A DNA stretch of 63,902 nt, counting the filler, from Octopus bimaculoides (lineage: Eukaryota), in assembly GCF_001194135.2 (NCBI RefSeq). It is 8 parts of 7 records of this genome, joined end to end, with 100 filler letters (N's around TTAATTAATTAA, not from the genome) between each part and the next. Parts side by side here need not be neighbours in the genome. Positions count along the whole stretch, not along the records: positions 25,095 to 35,288 come from NC_068981.1; positions 35,389 to 39,442 come from NC_068981.1; 6 more parts are not named here. One strand, written 5' to 3'. The notes under the pieces were generated by a model. The model saw only the letters and a list, made by a program, of their open reading frames with translations, ran no database searches and was not told the origin of the DNA. Position numbers and translations under genes: made by a program. This document shows positions 27,113 through 38,019 of this stretch, one piece after another (position 1 is the first letter of the stretch; every line of letters starts with the position of its first letter).

Positions 27113-27246
27113 GAAGAAGAAGAAGAAGAAGAAGAAGAAGAAGAAGAAGAAGAAGAAGAAGAAGAAGAAGAAAAAGAAGAAGAAGAAGAAGAAGAAGAAG
27201 AAGAAGAAGAAGAAGAAGAAGAAGAAGAAGAAGAAGAAGAAGAAGA
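27113..27246. repeat. (GAA)n microsatellite
   Basis: Directly visible. Confidence 0.95.
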
Positions 27247-27331
27247 ACGTTTGTCAAGGTTAAGAGAATTACATGAATGCTCATAAATACATCTATATAC
27301 GTGTATATTTTTCTGAATGTTGTACATATGA

Positions 27332-27364
<33 letters not shown>

Positions 27365-27483
27365 ATGCCTTTAATGTTTAGTAACAGACTGTAGGCTGTT
27401 TTGNNNNNNNNNNTATATATATATATATATATATATAATGCCTTTAATGTTTAGTAACAGACTGTAGGCTGTTTTGGTTCTAT

Positions 27484-27667
27484 GGCCAGCAGCTTCGGAG
27501 GATAGAGTAAATCAATTACATTTGACTCCTGTGCTTAACTGGTACTTATTTTATCGACCCAGAATAGTTGGCAAAGTCGACCTCGGTGGAGTTTGAACTG
27601 AGAACATAAAGACGGACGAAATACTGCTAAGCATTTTGCGTGCTAACAGTTTTGTCAGATCGTCGCT
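27484..27667 (-). mobile_element. SINE family A
   Basis: GGTACTTATTTTATCGACCC...GTTTGAACTGAGAAC. Confidence 0.8.
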
Positions 27668-27680
27668 TTAAGTCAAGTGA

Positions 27681-27900
27681 AATATTCTTCTCTACTCTAG
27701 GCACAATCTCCGAAATTTTGGGGGAGGGGGCTAGTCAACAAGATCGACCCCAGTACGCAACTTGTACTTAATTTATCGACCCCGAAAGGATGAAAGACAA
27801 AGTCAACCTCGGCGGAATTTGAACTCAGAACGTAAAAACAGACGAAATACCACCAAGCATTTTGCCCAGTGTGCTAACGTGTCTGTTAGCTCGTTGCCTT
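27681..27900 (-). mobile_element. SINE family A, full length
   Basis: TACTTAATTTATCGACCCCGAAAGGATGAAAG...GAATTTGAACTCAGAACG. Confidence 0.85.
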
Positions 27901-27999
27901 GTCAAGCCAAATATTGATGCTTGGAATGCATTAATGCATTCAAAATATTAATACTTGGTTCGACTGGCCGTATGAAACCAATATTTGGTTTGACTGAAA

Positions 28000-28162
28000 G
28001 CAGCGAGCTGGCAGAATTGTTAGAACGCCAGACAAAATAATTTGAGACATTTCGTTCCTTTTTTACGTTTTGAGTTCGAATTCCGCCGATGTCGACTTTG
28101 CTTTTCATCTCTTTAGTGTCGATAAAATAAGTGCCAGCTGTCTACTGGGGTCGATATAATCG
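28000..28162 (+). mobile_element. SINE family A
   Basis: GCAGCGAGCTGGCAGAA head plus core. Confidence 0.85.
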
Positions 28163-28289
28163 TTTGGTCAGATGAGTGGAAAGCTGCAAATATATAAACA
28201 ATGGAAACATCAAGAATGGAATTGTAAAGGAGTCTTGTGAAAAAAAGAGCATAAAAGTTTGAAAAGTAAACAAAAATTTATTTAGAGGA

Positions 28290-29145
28290 AAGAAATTTTA
28301 TACTTACAAAAACGGCTGGAGTGCAGAGGCACCTTGAGGCGGCGTGGCGGTCATAAGCGTCATAAAATGCTGAGGAGAGGAAAAAAGCATACAAAAATTA
28401 CGATTTTCGTCCTTTTGGGGCAAATTCTCTTGCAACCCGAGAGAAAATTTTAAGTGCACATGCACTCAATTTGATGACTGTGCTTCATGGGTATAGTTCC
28501 ACTAATCGTCGGAATCAAATATCGATTGCAGCGGTTAGAACTGACAATTTTAAGTGCAGGTGTGAAGAAAATGCATGTTACATGTTTTAGCACACAACGT
28601 TGCAACGTTTAGAATCGATAATTTTAAGTGCAAGTGTTAAGAAAATATATCTTACATGTTTTATCACACAATGCTGCAAGGTTTAGAATCGATAATTTTA
28701 AGTGCAGGTATTAAGAAAATACGTTACAGCAACCTGAAAATGCTGAAATAATTTATGAACATTTTTAACTCCACAACAATTTAGGCCTAATTTCGTTAAT
28801 CAAAATTCACATTACGCTTTGTTTGAGTGGCCCAGATAAAAAAAAAAGCGCATATTCCATCTGTGTATGAAATTTCAAGAAAATCGGTTGAAAACTTCAA
28901 TAATTATGGCAGAAAATAACATTCATATGAGAATTTGCATTGAAATGTCCTACTGATTTTTGAAAAATCGATGCTGATTAAAATTTATTGATTTTTTAAA
29001 AAATTTCAAGTGCGTAATTGACGGCATGGGCATAAGTCCCACACATGTGTCAAGTTTCATCAAGATAGGTTGGATAGTTTCGGAGTTAAAGTAACAAATT
29101 CACAAACACACACACAATCACAAACAGATAGAAATTGTCATTTAT
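28290..29145. mobile_element. Non-autonomous Helitron/Helentron-like (HINE-like) element with internal 74-bp tandem repeat
   Basis: Two AAATTTCA..AAAATCGGTT-like blocks, terminal AAGTTTCATCAAGATAGGTTGGATAGTTTCGGAG...ACAAACACAC...CAGATAGAAATTGTCATTTAT, and 74-bp units at 28546/28620/28694; the family label rests on recalled resemblance. Confidence 0.5.
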
Positions 29146-29292
29146 GTATGTATGTATGTATGTATGTATGTGCATGTATATATGTATGTATGTATGTTAC
29201 ATATCATATATATGTATGTATGTATGTTACATATCATATATACAATGAAAGAAAAAGAGAAAAATAAAGAGAGAGAGAGAGAGAGAATTAGG

Positions 29293-29341
<49 letters not shown>

Positions 29342-29444
29342 TGATAGATGTGTGTGTAAATGGAGTAAGGGGTGTAGTAAAACGGTTACATATCATATAT
29401 CTCCTAGAAAGATGCCCTGGGCACATACATACATACATATATAT

Positions 29445-29478
29445 GCGGAAACTGAAAGAAATTCATCATATATATAAA

Positions 29479-29528
<50 letters not shown>

Positions 29529-29741
29529 TCCGTGTTTGTCCCTCCGTCATCGCCGCTTGACAACCGATGTTAGTGTGTTTATGTTCCGTTAATTCGTGGT
29601 TCGGCAAAAGAAACCGATAGAATAAGTACTAGGCTTATGAAGAATAAATCCTGGGGTTGATTTCTTTGACGAAAACCCTTTAAGGCGGTGCTCCAGCATG
29701 GTCACAGTCAAGTGAGTGAAACCAGTAAAAGAATAAAAGAA
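29445..29741 (+). mobile_element. 5'-truncated SINE family B between 188/190-bp direct repeats
   Basis: Starts mid-element at GCGGAAACTGAAAG; flanked by 29236-29423 and 29743-29932. Confidence 0.85.
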
Positions 29742-29774
29742 TATATATACAATGAAAGAAAAAAAGAAAAATAA

Positions 29775-29805
<31 letters not shown>

Positions 29806-29817
29806 GAGAGAATTAGG

Positions 29818-29850
<33 letters not shown>

Positions 29851-30492
29851 TGATAGATGTGTGTGTAAATGGAGTAAGGGGTGTAGTAAAACGGTTACAT
29901 ATCATATATCTCCTAGAAAGATGCCCTGGGCATGAATTGAATCAGAGAGAGATTCAGAATAAATGTCGAAGGGGACAACAGTTTGAACGTAAAATTGATA
30001 TTCTAAAATGTAACGGAGAATGTATTAGTTGACTATAGTAAATCTCATTGAGTTTATACATATAAAGGTAATCAGATAACATGAAATGGTCTACCTTAAA
30101 TTTGTCGGCTTGTACTAGGATGACAAATTAAGTTTATTTAAAAATATTATTACTGCTTGCAAACTAGTTTTTTGAAGTCTTCAAATGACTGAAAGTAAAC
30201 GTCGAGATAGTGAAATATTACTGAAATTTGAATAAATAATAGTAATCAAAATATTTTAACAAAATATAAGTTACAAAATGTAATGTAGATTAATCATGGA
30301 TAAAGGATGTGATATAATTAAAAATGCAGCTTTATCTCCATATGTGGCACTGAAAATGATTAATAAGAATTACAGAAGAGAATTTCGTAAAGTATCAAAA
30401 TTAGTAGATGACCATGCTTTTTCATAACACACTTCATAATCTCAGCGGTTACTTGAAATCTATTAAATCTTAAATCGTAACTGAAGGCAAAT

Positions 30493-30700
30493 ATATTGGT
30501 TTCGAATTTTGCAACAAGGCCAACAGTTTCGGGTGCGGAAGTAAGTCGATTTCGTTGACCCCAATGATTAGCTGGTACTTATTTTATCGCCCGCCACCCG
30601 AAAGGATAAAAGGTAAAATCAATCCCAGCGGCATTTGAACACAGAACGTAAAGACGGAATACCGCTAAGCGTTTTGCTCAGTATAGTAACGATTGTTTCA
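30493..30700 (-). mobile_element. SINE family A
   Basis: GGTACTTATTTTATCG...GAAAGGATAAAAGG...CATTTGAACACAGAACG. Confidence 0.75.
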
Positions 30701-31129
30701 TCTTCCTTCCTTACTGCAGACAAATGAATTAAAATAGATAAATATACTCGGTATACGCATGTGTTTCTGGTANNNNNNNNNNNNNNNNNNNNNNNNNNNN
30801 NNNNNNNNNNNNNNNNNNNNNNNNNNNNNNNNNNNNNNNNNNNNNNNNNNNNNNNNNNNNNNNNNNNNNNNNNNNNNNNNNNNNNNNNNNNNNNNNNNNN
30901 NNGGACAAATAAAGATATTTGAATTTTACTAATTTATATATATTTACGAAACAAAGTATCTAAGACACGAAGTGTAAATATAAAGTGGAAATCTCAGTGA
31001 ATTCTAATCACTTTTATTTGCCCGTAGTCAATCTTGCTTACTTGTGGTTGTCCATCTAATTAGATGACGATCAAATTCTCCCTCAAATGGGTCTCCTTTG
31101 ATGACTACTCAAAGAGCAACTGTAACAGA

Positions 31130-31650
31130 GAATTCAACCGCTCTGTTAACCGAAGAATCATATCTGTTGCCGTTTGTGGGACACTTTTATGTGCACCCAC
31201 AAACAGTGAAACTACAGAAATGGTGGTACTTCATAGCTGTTGACGCGCGTGTTACACGATCGCAGCAACGACGACAGCGATCAATAAAGTCCATGTCTGT
31301 GTTTCACATTGCAAACGATATCTGCAAAATGACGCTTTATAATTAGGGCGTTGTAGGTGTACATTTCTCAATGTCAATATCGTCGTTGTGGAGGGTATAG
31401 ATCCAATGACAAAGATGAATCAAAACGACTGATACCTCCTCTCAGCAACAGGAAGCTGCTAGGAACTCAATCTATTGTAAACCGTCACAGCTTGTTTTTC
31501 AACATTCGTCATCCTGACAGCAGAGTGGAGCAGATAGGTTGTCCCGAGCACAACTAAGGAGTCCTATCTAATATTCTAGTAAGCAGATAATCTGACAAAT
31601 ACATGGGCATCATCACCTATAAAGCGGTATTACAGTGCTCTTGTTCACCA
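31130..31650 (+). pseudogene. Possible very old LINE AP-endonuclease remnant
   Basis: Fragments RIISVA..TLLCAPTNSE, MNQND*YLL..C*ELNLL and RAQL..ILVSR recall RTE-type APE motifs, but there are many stops and frameshifts. Confidence 0.3.
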
Positions 31651-33207
31651 TTTCAAGTATTTCTTCATGTACTATTGCTAGTTAACCATCGACTCTATAC
31701 AGGGTTCATCCGTCATTTTGATAGATCTTGTTTTCGTTTTACCAGGATACGTGCATCCCACTCCAGACCAATTTGGTGAGGTGTCAGTTTGAGTCATCGA
31801 CAGCACGAATAGATAACAGATTGTACAGGATTATATGTTGTCAGTGACATTGACAGTGACCTGCTACATCTAGTTTCGTCCTAAAAGTTATATTTTTCTG
31901 AATAAGACAAGAATACAACACTGTTTCCAAGTTGTGCCGGCCCTTGCTATCGTTAAGTAGATGACGTTAGACGCAGCTCTTCATTAATCTTCTGGAAATA
32001 GATATTATCCACTTGTAATCTCTGTCCGAACATTCACTGATTCCATAAGTATAGATCTCGAATAATTCTTGTAAATGAGGTCTTATTGGCCTAGTCAGAA
32101 ATACAATAAAAAAGAATACAGTTAAGACACATCCTGACAGAGGGGTTCACAACTTCGCTTCGCAATCACGAGATCCTAGTTTCGATCCCATTGTCATAAC
32201 TTGTGTAAATGTCTTTTACCATAGCCTCGGTTCAACCAAATCCTTGTGAGTATAATCGAGTATAATTGAGTTGATGGAGAGTGGAAACTAGTCGAATAGA
32301 TCGAACCTACAATTTAAGTGTTTAGCTCTGTCACACTTAAGAAATAAGGGTAACTAAGAATTTGACTTCTGACTCGTTTGTGAACGACAAAAAAAACAGT
32401 CTCTGAAATATGTGCAACGTAGACTGAATAACTGCTTTATATTGAAATACTCCTACTCATACATACATACATATATACATACATACATACATACATACAT
32501 GCACACACGCACATACATATACATGTGATGTGAGAAAAGATAGAATGCCCAAATAATATTACACCAGATTTTTAAAAGGGTGCGGCAGACAAAGATTTAA
32601 GCAGCATTTGGAATACTTCACCGGTCAATAGAGGAAATATACCCCAAGACCTTGCCATCAAGTGGAAACTGTCACAGAGATAGTAATATTGAATGGAATC
32701 TATCCCAGAAGTAAAAACGGATTAAGATGCTTAAGATCAGTACTAGTAGAATTTCGATATCGTACAGTATTACTCAGCCTATGATAAAATAAAAATAAAA
32801 CAGTAGTAAAATTAAATACATTAACCAAGTATTCGCAAGTGAAAAACCAACAATATTTTCTGTACCGGGAATGAACCCTTCAAAAAGTATTCTCCCACTG
32901 ACGACTTTAAATGCAGAACATTTAAACTTAGATGACGACAACAATGGTAAAGACCTTCATATTGAAATGAAAAAAAAAAAAAAAATTACATATTTTATTG
33001 CTGCACATAGAGATTGACAGATAATATTTGTAAAGTGCGTGTTAACTGATTAAATTTCTTGTCTTAAAACCCACGCTGTTCCCTTTTAGGCACTTAGCAA
33101 CGTAGCCAAATACATCAATTATTTCAAGTAAAAATGTCAATTCCTAATCAGAGCTTAGAACCTCATTGTTTCAAAGCAGTTGTCCAAAGATGTTCCCTTT
33201 CTCGCAG

Positions 33208-33570
33208 GTTATGGCAGAAATGTCCTCATCTACCAAGCAACTAACCTCTGTAATGTATGCAATTTATCTTTCTTTTCTCAAACAACTACACCAGAACTGC
33301 AATATTTGCATTTGGCACGACATTCCTATAAAAACTTACGTGAAGTGCAAACATAATAAGCTTAATATAATTGTTTGCGACAAAAAAGATCATATACAAT
33401 CAGTTAGAGAGGCCAACTGCCTCGCAGATGAGAACATTTCTTTCAGAATCAGTAGGAAGGAGGACGTTTATCAACGACTGCTACGAAACTTGCAGTTTCT
33501 CAACGTTGATTACAAATTATATCAATACTTACTGCATTTGTCTATGTTTGTAACATGGGGCTCTCCTGGG
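33208..33570 (+). CDS. Candidate internal coding exon of an unidentified host gene (121 codons)
   Basis: Acceptor TTCCCTTTCTCGCAG|G, donor GGG|GTGAGC, 363 nt, phase 0-0, stop-free, no transposon or microsatellite character. Confidence 0.45.
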
Positions 33571-34511
33571 GTGAGCATATACATACAATCGCATATGTGC
33601 AATTGGTGTACACAGATACATAAAAATAGTCGCACACAAACACACACATGCACACACATACACACGCACGAGAATCTACGCATTTTACATGGGTGCGTCT
33701 GGATCCACCCGTACACCTTCACAGATCCACATATTAATTCACAAATTCACAACTTCCTGGAATTGTCATGAATCAATGAAAGAAGTCTTGTCACTCACTT
33801 TGCAACCGGACTAAACTCTGCAAAAGAACGATTCTCTCTCTCTCTCTCTCTNNNNNNNNNNNNNNNNNNNNNNNNNNNNNNNNNNNNNNNNNNNNNNNNN
33901 NNNNNNNNNNNNNNNNNNNNNNNNNNNNNNNNNNNNNNNNNNNNNNNNNNNNNNNNNNNNNNNNNNNNNNNNNNNNNNNNNNNNNNNNNNNNNNNNNNNN
34001 NNNNNNNNNNNNNNNNNNNNNNNNNNNNNNNNNNNNNNNNNNNNNNNNNNNNNNNNNNNNNNNNNNNNNNNNNNNNNNNNNNNNNNNNNNNNNNNNNNNN
34101 NNNNNNNNNNNNNNNNNNNNNNNNNNNNNNNNNNNNNNNNNNNNNNNNNNNNNNNNNNNNNNNNNNNNNNNNNNNNNNNNNNNNNNNNNNNNNNNNNNNN
34201 NNNNNNNNNNNNNNNNNNNNNNNNNNNNNNNNNNNNNNNNNNNNNNNNNNNNNNNNNNNNNNNNNNNNNNNNNNNNNNNNNNNNNNNNNNNNNNNNNNNN
34301 NNNNNNNNNNNNNNNNNNNNNNNNNNNNNNNNNNNNNNNNNNNNNNNNNNNNNNNNNNNNNNNNNNNNNNNNNNNNNNNNNNNNNNNNNNNNNNNNNNNN
34401 NNNNNNNNNNNNNNNNNNNNNNNNNNNNNNNNNNNNNNNNNNNNNNNNNNNNNNNNNNNNNNNNNNNNNNNNNNNNNNNNNNNNNNNNNNNNATATATAT
34501 ATATATAAATA

Positions 34512-34721
34512 TATAAACATAATTAAGGGATCAGCTACAGTTGCTTCACCACATGCCGAAATTTAGAAATAGTAGTTAAAGTGCTAATTCTAAAATAACT
34601 TTGTGAGTTACAAGTATTGCTATCTGTTGGAGACTTATTTTAGAATTAGCACTTTAACTGCTATTTCTAAATTTCGGTATGTGGCGAAGCAACTGTTGCT
34701 GATCCCTTAATTATGTTTATA
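34512..34721. mobile_element. MITE-like element, 87-bp inverted arms with 36-bp spacer
   Basis: 34512-34598 is the near-perfect reverse complement of 34635-34721. Confidence 0.85.
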
Positions 34722-34976
34722 ATTTTAAAAGAACTTTTTAAATAAGTTCTTTACCGATAATGGCTTTTTACATACCGAACTACTTGGTAAAAATTATTAA
34801 TTGTTAATTTATTAATAAATTAATAATCCTTTACCCTATATTTATATCTATATATATATACGTATATATACATATAGATATATATGATCAGTCAGAGAGA
34901 GAGAGAAAGAGAGAGAGAGTGGTGGGGAGAAAGGGAAAGGGGTAAATAAGTACATAATGCATGTGTGAATGTGTGA

Positions 34977-35012
<36 letters not shown>

Positions 35013-35388
35013 ATGTGTGTGTGAGTGTACGAATGTTGCATTTCAATTGGGGTCTGGCTGCTTCTGAACTGAAGGTGAGAGACTACTTAACAAAACACAC
35101 GGCGTCTGACCTGTTGTTTATCACCTGACGCACCTGTCACACTCACTTGTTCAGCGTGGTGTCGAATGCAAGACCATCACCACCACCACCACCACCATCA
35201 GCGCCACCAGCACCCCCCATCAGTATCACACCAACGGTAACACCAGTATCACGATAAGTATCACCCCTTCCTTCCTTCCTTCCTTCCTNNNNNNNNNNNN
35301 NNNNNNNNNNNNNNNNNNNNNNNNNNNNNNNNTTAATTAATTAANNNNNNNNNNNNNNNNNNNNNNNNNNNNNNNNNNNNNNNNNNNN

Positions 35389-35590
35389 TCTGTGTTTGTC
35401 ACCCCACCATCGCTTGACAACCCATGTTGGTATGTTTAGGTCCCCGTAACTTAGCGGCTCGGCAAAAAGGGACCGATGGAATAAGTACTAGTCTTACAAA
35501 GAGTAAGTCCTGGGGTCGATTTGTTCTACTCAAGGTGGTGCTCCAGTAAGGCTGTAATCAAATGACTGAAACAAATAAAAGAATAAAAGA
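35389..35590 (+). mobile_element. SINE family B 3' half
   Basis: CGCTTGACAACCC...GTAAGTCCTGGGGTCGAT...AAAAGAAT tail. Confidence 0.85.
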
Positions 35591-35666
35591 ATATATATAT
35601 ATATTTCGTTTTTGGATTTGGTTTGCAAGATTCTTTATGTGAGTTCGTGTGTTGAAGCATATTCTG

Positions 35667-36032
35667 TTGTGTCTGGGGAGAATCATTCTCTTTTGATGCC
35701 TTATAATTTAACACAATCACCGGTAAAATTTCCACTTATTTCTTTTTTATTTTTCTAAAATTTTCGTTACGTCTTGCAACCTCTTCAATAGTCCGTTATT
35801 CACACTGAATTCCTTTTTGCTTGTGCGCATGTGTGTGGATCAGTGTGTGTGTGTGCCTATACATGCATGCATGCATGTATGTATGTATGTATGTATGTAT
35901 GTATGTATGTATGTATGCATGTGTGTGTATGCATGTATGTGTGTGTGTGTGCATATTCATCTATCTATGTGTGTACATTTGTATGTATGTATTCTGCATA
36001 TTCACGTGTTTGCATGTCCGTGTTTGTGTTTT

Positions 36033-36087
<55 letters not shown>

Positions 36088-36726
36088 GTAAACAGATCAA
36101 CATACAGACGGAGTTACATAGGTTATATGAACAAACAAGCATACATACGCAAATGAGGACTGAAACACATGACCATATACACACACACACACTTTACTTC
36201 ACACAAGGACACATATAGAGACACACGTCCACATATATGGAGATGCCCATTCATACATACAAACACGGTACATAGTTGCAAAACACACACAGACATGCAC
36301 ATACAAGGAGACAGAGGTACACACACACACATATACAAACACACACACACACACGCACATACATAAAAACACACAAACACGGACATGCAAACATGAATAT
36401 GCAGAATATATACATACAAATGTACACAGATAGATAGATACATATGCACACACACATACATACATACACACACGTACATACATACATACATACATACATA
36501 CATGTATGCATGCATGTATAGGCACACACACACTGATCCACGCACATGCGCACAAACAAACACAAAGGAACGCAGTGTGAATAATGGACAGAGTCAACGA
36601 CTATTGAAAAGGTTGCAAGACGCAACGAAAATTTTAGAAAAATAAAAAAGAAATAAGTGGAAATTTTACCAGTGAGTGTGTTAAATTATAAGGCCCCAAA
36701 AGAGAATGACTCTCCCCAGACACAAA
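35667..36726. repeat. Long inverted repeat (~400-bp arms, ~260-bp spacer)
   Basis: 35667-36082 pairs with 36340-36726, including the non-microsatellite block and the intervening CA/TG-rich sequence. Confidence 0.9.
35755..35791 (-). ncRNA. Minimal hammerhead-ribozyme-like motif (variant core)
   Basis: CTA-TTGAAGA-G-GTTGC-AAGAC-GTAAC-GAA-AATT-T-TAG: 3-bp stem I, 5-bp stem II, palindromic loopless stem III. Confidence 0.35.
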
Positions 36727-37481
36727 AGTATATATANNNNNNNNNNNNNNNNNNNNNNNNNNNNNNNNNNNNNNNNNNNNNNNNNNNNNNNNNNNNNNNN
36801 NNNNNNNNNNNNNNNNNNNNNNNNNNNNNNNNNNNNNNNNNNNNNNNNNNNNNNNNNNNNNNNNNNNNNNNNNNNNNNNNNNNNNNNNNNNNNNNNNNNN
36901 NNNNNNNNNNNNNNNNNNNNNNNNNNNNNNNNNNNNNNNNNNNNNNNNNNNNNNNNNNNNNNNNNNNNNNNNNNNNNNNNNNNNNNNNNNNNNNNNNNNN
37001 NNNNNNNNNNNNNNNNNNNNNNNNNNNNNNNNNNNNNNNNNNNNNNNNNNNNNNNNNNNNNNNNNNNNNNNNNNNNNNNNNNNNNNNNNNNNNNNNNNNN
37101 NNNNNNNNNNNNNNNNNNNNNNNNNNNNNNNNNNNNNNNNNNNNNNNNNNNNNNNNNNNNNNNNNNNNNNNNNNNNNNNNNNNNNNNNNNNNNNNNNNNN
37201 NNNNNNNNNNNNNNNNNNNNNNNNNNNNNNNNNNNNNNNNNNNNNNNNNNNNNNNNNNNNNNNNNNNNNNNNNNNNNNNNNNNNNNNNNNNNNNNNNNNN
37301 NNNNNNNNNNNNNNNNNNNNNNNNNNNNNNNNNNNNNNNNNNNNNNNNNNNNNNNNNNNNNNNNNNNNNNNNNNNNNNNNNNNNNNNNNNNNNNNNNNNN
37401 NNNNNNNNNNNNNNNNNNNNNNNNNNNNNNNNNNNNNNNNNNNNNNNNNNNNNNNNNNNNNNNNNNNNNNNNNNNNNNNNN

Positions 37482-37554
<73 letters not shown>

Positions 37555-37833
37555 AATAATAAAAATTCAGTTGAATTAGGTTCTTAAGTTGAAGCACCAA
37601 GTCGCTCCGGTATTATCCACACAGCTCGAAGTAAGATGAATAAAATCAAAATAAGCAACATGATAGTGTATGCACACTATGCGTGAGAACTAAATGTGTG
37701 TGTGACCTTTTGGTCACCTTTGTCATTAACAGCCTTATACCAAAATGACCACACCAATATATGTCACTTGATATCCTGTTGCTTATTTTGATAGTTTGGA
37801 TATATATGGATATATATATATATATATATTAAT

Positions 37834-38019
37834 CTGACGAGTCGCCTATATTGCTAAGCACTTTATAGATACGAAACTAATGGTCACTCTATGACCGGCT
37901 TTAACTTCTAACAGATACTTTACTGCCCTAATGCTTTACAGTGTGCTTCTTTTCCGGATATATGAACTACTGACGATATGTATGATGAAGATTAATCAAA
38001 TCCGAAATCATCGATGATA
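37834..38019 (+). ncRNA. Two tandem decayed hammerhead-like cores
   Basis: CTGACGA-G...C-GAAAC-TAATG-GTC (37834-37885) and CTGACGA...GAAA-TCATCGATGAT-A (37970-38019); stem I is poor in both. Confidence 0.3.

Noticed and set aside
27340-27476. Exact ~60-bp direct repeat around a 10-N gap
   Set aside because: Identical copies on either side of a minimal gap indicate unmerged contig overlap.
28535-28727. Tandem units as a CRISPR-like array
   Set aside because: Head-to-tail repeats without unique spacers, in eukaryotic DNA, with no cas genes.
35817-36625. ORFs rich in CV/YI/HT/MY dipeptides here and elsewhere (e.g. 61422-61722, 63036-63539)
   Set aside because: Translations of microsatellites.
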